Origin: an uncultured cyanobacterium
GTDB lineage: Bacteria > Cyanobacteriota > Cyanobacteriia > Cyanobacteriales > Nostocaceae
Assembly: GCA_963706595.1 (NCBI GenBank)
Contig: OY970166.1
Location: forward strand, 2,912,001 to 2,976,000
Length of the DNA: 64,000 nt
Direction of reading: 5' to 3'
Shown: one piece after another, positions 61,613 to 64,000 of the stretch
How the letters are laid out: each line of letters opens with the position of its first letter
Position numbering within the stretch: the stretch's first letter is position 1
The notes under the pieces: model-generated
Told to the model about the DNA's origin: nothing
What the model saw: only the letters and a program-made list of their open reading frames with translations
The model's database searches: none
Position numbers and translations under genes: made by a program

Positions 61613-62152
61613 ATGAATAGCTGCGTTTTAATGGCAGAAATCATTCAAGAACCACAGTTACGCTATACCGCCGAGAACTTAGCCATCACGGAAATGCTGG
61701 TGCAGTTTCCCAATTCTCAGCGCGCCGAAGACCAGTTAGTTACCTTAAAAGTGGTTGGCTGGGGGAATATGGCTACAGAAATTCAGCAAAATTATCATCA
61801 AGGCGATCGCGTCATTTTAGCAGGACGCTTAGGGATGCATACTGTTGAACGTCAAGAAGGTTTTAAAGAAAAACGTGCTGAATTGACAGTACAACAAATT
61901 CAACCTTTAGGAAGTGGTTTGGGCCCATCGCCATCGGTAACTGCAACACCCGCACAACAACCATCCCCAGCAGTTCCATCTTCACAGAACGAAGTTAATG
62001 TACGTCCAGTCACCGCCCCGGCGACAACTCCCCTTAGCGTTGTTCCCAGTCCGACAAACTTCGTACCCACACCTCCACCTCAAAATTTTGAGCGCACCAC
62101 TTATTCTCCAGTCAAAGAGCAAGAACCAGACCCAGATGATATTCCTTTTTAA
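61613..62152 (+). CDS. ssb: Single-stranded DNA-binding protein
   Basis: OB fold (PQLRYT..GDRVILAGRL), Pro-rich linker, C-terminal DDIPF. Confidence 0.9.
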   Translation: MNSCVLMAEIIQEPQLRYTAENLAITEMLVQFPNSQRAEDQLVTLKVVGWGNMATEIQQNYHQGDRVILAGRLGMHTVERQEGFKEKRAELTVQQIQPLGSGLGPSPSVTATPAQQPSPAVPSSQNEVNVRPVTAPATTPLSVVPSPTNFVPTPPPQNFERTTYSPVKEQEPDPDDIPF

Positions 62153-62162
62153 ACTGGGGAGT

Positions 62163-62426
62163 CTACGGTGTACACACATCCTTATCCAGAGAAAGTTTCC
62201 TGGATGAAAGCAATAATTAACCGCTTATCTAGTCCCCCTCCTCGCTTGCGGGGAGGGGTTAGGGGTGGGGTGTTATGTCCACCAACGCGCAATTTCCATA
62301 CTTGTGTGTACACCGTAGTGGCGTGACAAGGCTAAAATGTTGCAATAGATTTTTGAGAAAATCGAGATAAATCAATGTTTTCTGCTTTTTACCTAATGCA
62401 CTATTTTAAGCTTGCCACGCTAGTAG
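62163..62426. mobile_element. Tandem of two MITEs (62163-62318 and 62319-62426) inside one direct repeat
   Basis: First element ctacggtgtacacaca / tgtgtgtacaccgtag; second tggcgtgacaaggctaaaat / attttaagcttgccacgcta; ctggggagt at 62154-62162 and 62428-62436. Confidence 0.75.
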
Positions 62427-62462
62427 GCTGGGGAGTAGGGAGATAAACAAGGGAAATATCAA

Positions 62463-64000
62463 GTGCGATCACTGATTATTGATAACTACGATTCTTATAC
62501 ATTTAACCTCTATCAGATGATCGCCGAAGTCAATGGAGAACTTCCCCTTGTAATTCGCAATGACCAACTGGACTGGGAGCAATTAAAGAAACTGACATTC
62601 GACAATGTGGTAATTTCTCCCGGCCCCGGTCGCCCAGAAAAGGTGAAAGACTTCGGTATTTGCCGAGAGGTGATTCAAAAGGTAAATGTACCCCTATTGG
62701 GCGTTTGTCTCGGTCATCAAGGACTAGCTCATGTCTATGGTGGAACTGTAATTCATGCACCAGAAATTAGACATGGGCGATTGAGTAAAATATATCACAA
62801 TAATTCTGAGCTATTTCAGGGTATTCCTCATAGCTTTTCTGTTGTCCGCTACCACTCCTTAATAGTTGCAGAAGAGTTACCCAGTTGTTTGGAAAAAGTA
62901 GCTTGGACTGAAGAAGGGCTAATCATGGCGCTGCGTCATCGACATTTACCATTTTGGGGTGTGCAGTTTCATCCAGAATCAATCTGTACAGAATACGGTG
63001 GGAAACTTTTAGAAAATTTCCGAGATATCACTGAGCAATTTACGCAGAAAAAATCAGGAGTAAGAACTGAAAACCGGGAAGTTTCTTCACCCCTGCAACA
63101 GCACCCCCGCCTCCCTAACTTTTCTGATTCCCAGTACCAAGTTTGCAGTCAAAAACTGGATATTTATCTGGATGCAGAACAGGTGTTTGTTCATTTGTTT
63201 GGGAAAGATACTCACGCCTTTTGGCTTGATAGCAGCTTAGTTGAGCTTGGTCTTTCTCGTTTCTCTTTTATGGGTGGGAGTGGTGGTTTAAATAGCTTGT
63301 TGGTTGAGTATTGTACCCAAACCCAAGCAATCACTATTACTCAATCAAGTATTATTACACACTGCACAGACAGTATTTTTGACTATCTCAAACGGGAAAT
63401 TAATCGCCGACAGTGTAAATCTGAGCAGCTACCTTTTGACTTCAATTGTGGGTTTGTGGGTTACTTCGGTTATGAAATTAAGGCAGAATGTGAATCTGAG
63501 CTAGTGCATCCTGCGTCGCTTCCCGATGCGATGTTTATCTTCGCTGATCAAATGATTGTTTTTGACCACCAAGAACAAACTATATATCTGGTATGTCTTA
63601 CCAAAAAGCATCAAACTACACAAGCACAAACTTGGTTTGAGTCAACAGAAAAACAACTTCGCGCCCTAGCTCCCCTACCGCCGATTATTCCCGTGAGTGC
63701 CAAAGAACCGATAGTTTTCCGCCTCAGCCGTTCTCACGAAACTTACATAAATGATATTCACAAGTGTCTCAATGAAATCAAGGAGGGCGAGAGTTACCAA
63801 ATTTGTTTAACTAACAAACTTTATACAGACAGCACCCCTAATTCACTGGAATTTTATCGCACCTTACGCCGAGTTAATCCAGCCCCATACTCAGCATTTC
63901 TGCGCTTTGGTGAGGTGGCGATCGCTTGTTCATCTCCAGAAAGGTTTTTACGAATTGACCGCACCGGATGGGTGGAAACGAAGCCGATCAAAGGTACTTC
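62463..64000 (+). CDS. pabB: Fused aminodeoxychorismate synthase (PabA-PabB), runs off the window end; absent from the ORF track
   Basis: GTG start: RSLIIDNYDSYTFNLYQ, ISPGPG, GVCLGHQ, RYHSL, GVQFHPES, FWLDSS, GESYQICL, SSPERFL, KPIKGT. Confidence 0.9.
   Translation, partial: MRSLIIDNYDSYTFNLYQMIAEVNGELPLVIRNDQLDWEQLKKLTFDNVVISPGPGRPEKVKDFGICREVIQKVNVPLLGVCLGHQGLAHVYGGTVIHAPEIRHGRLSKIYHNNSELFQGIPHSFSVVRYHSLIVAEELPSCLEKVAWTEEGLIMALRHRHLPFWGVQFHPESICTEYGGKLLENFRDITEQFTQKKSGVRTENREVSSPLQQHPRLPNFSDSQYQVCSQKLDIYLDAEQVFVHLFGKDTHAFWLDSSLVELGLSRFSFMGGSGGLNSLLVEYCTQTQAITITQSSIITHCTDSIFDYLKREINRRQCKSEQLPFDFNCGFVGYFGYEIKAECESELVHPASLPDAMFIFADQMIVFDHQEQTIYLVCLTKKHQTTQAQTWFESTEKQLRALAPLPPIIPVSAKEPIVFRLSRSHETYINDIHKCLNEIKEGESYQICLTNKLYTDSTPNSLEFYRTLRRVNPAPYSAFLRFGEVAIACSSPERFLRIDRTGWVETKPIKGT

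Overview
Chromosomal segment of a filamentous heterocystous-type cyanobacterium (Nostocales-like, judged from dense HIP1 GCGATCGC octamers, heptamer tandem repeats and gene content). Core genes include fbaA, tRNA-Lys, pdhA, ftn2, pirA, petG, cytM, malic enzyme, sdhA, a Mn-riboswitch/GDT1 pair, pheT, a manC-manB fusion, ssb and a pabA-pabB fusion. Accessory content includes AIPR, VapBC, HicAB, a pentapeptide-nuclease fusion, a CBCR diguanylate cyclase, an IS200/IS605 tnpB element and many nested MITEs. The most striking locus is 49.8-58.6 kb on the minus strand. There an Rpn-like PD-(D/E)xQ nuclease gene is split in frame by a complete RT/HNH group II intron, just upstream of a perfect internal Shine-Dalgarno + ATG (candidate intragenic antitoxin start). 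It is followed by a tandem orphan copy of the same C-terminal cassette and then a WD40-KAP NTPase with hypervariable near-identical repeats. A second, unrelated Rpn-like gene at 40 kb also has an orphan copy of its internal-start junction downstream. All family assignments come from motif recognition by eye; no database searches were run.
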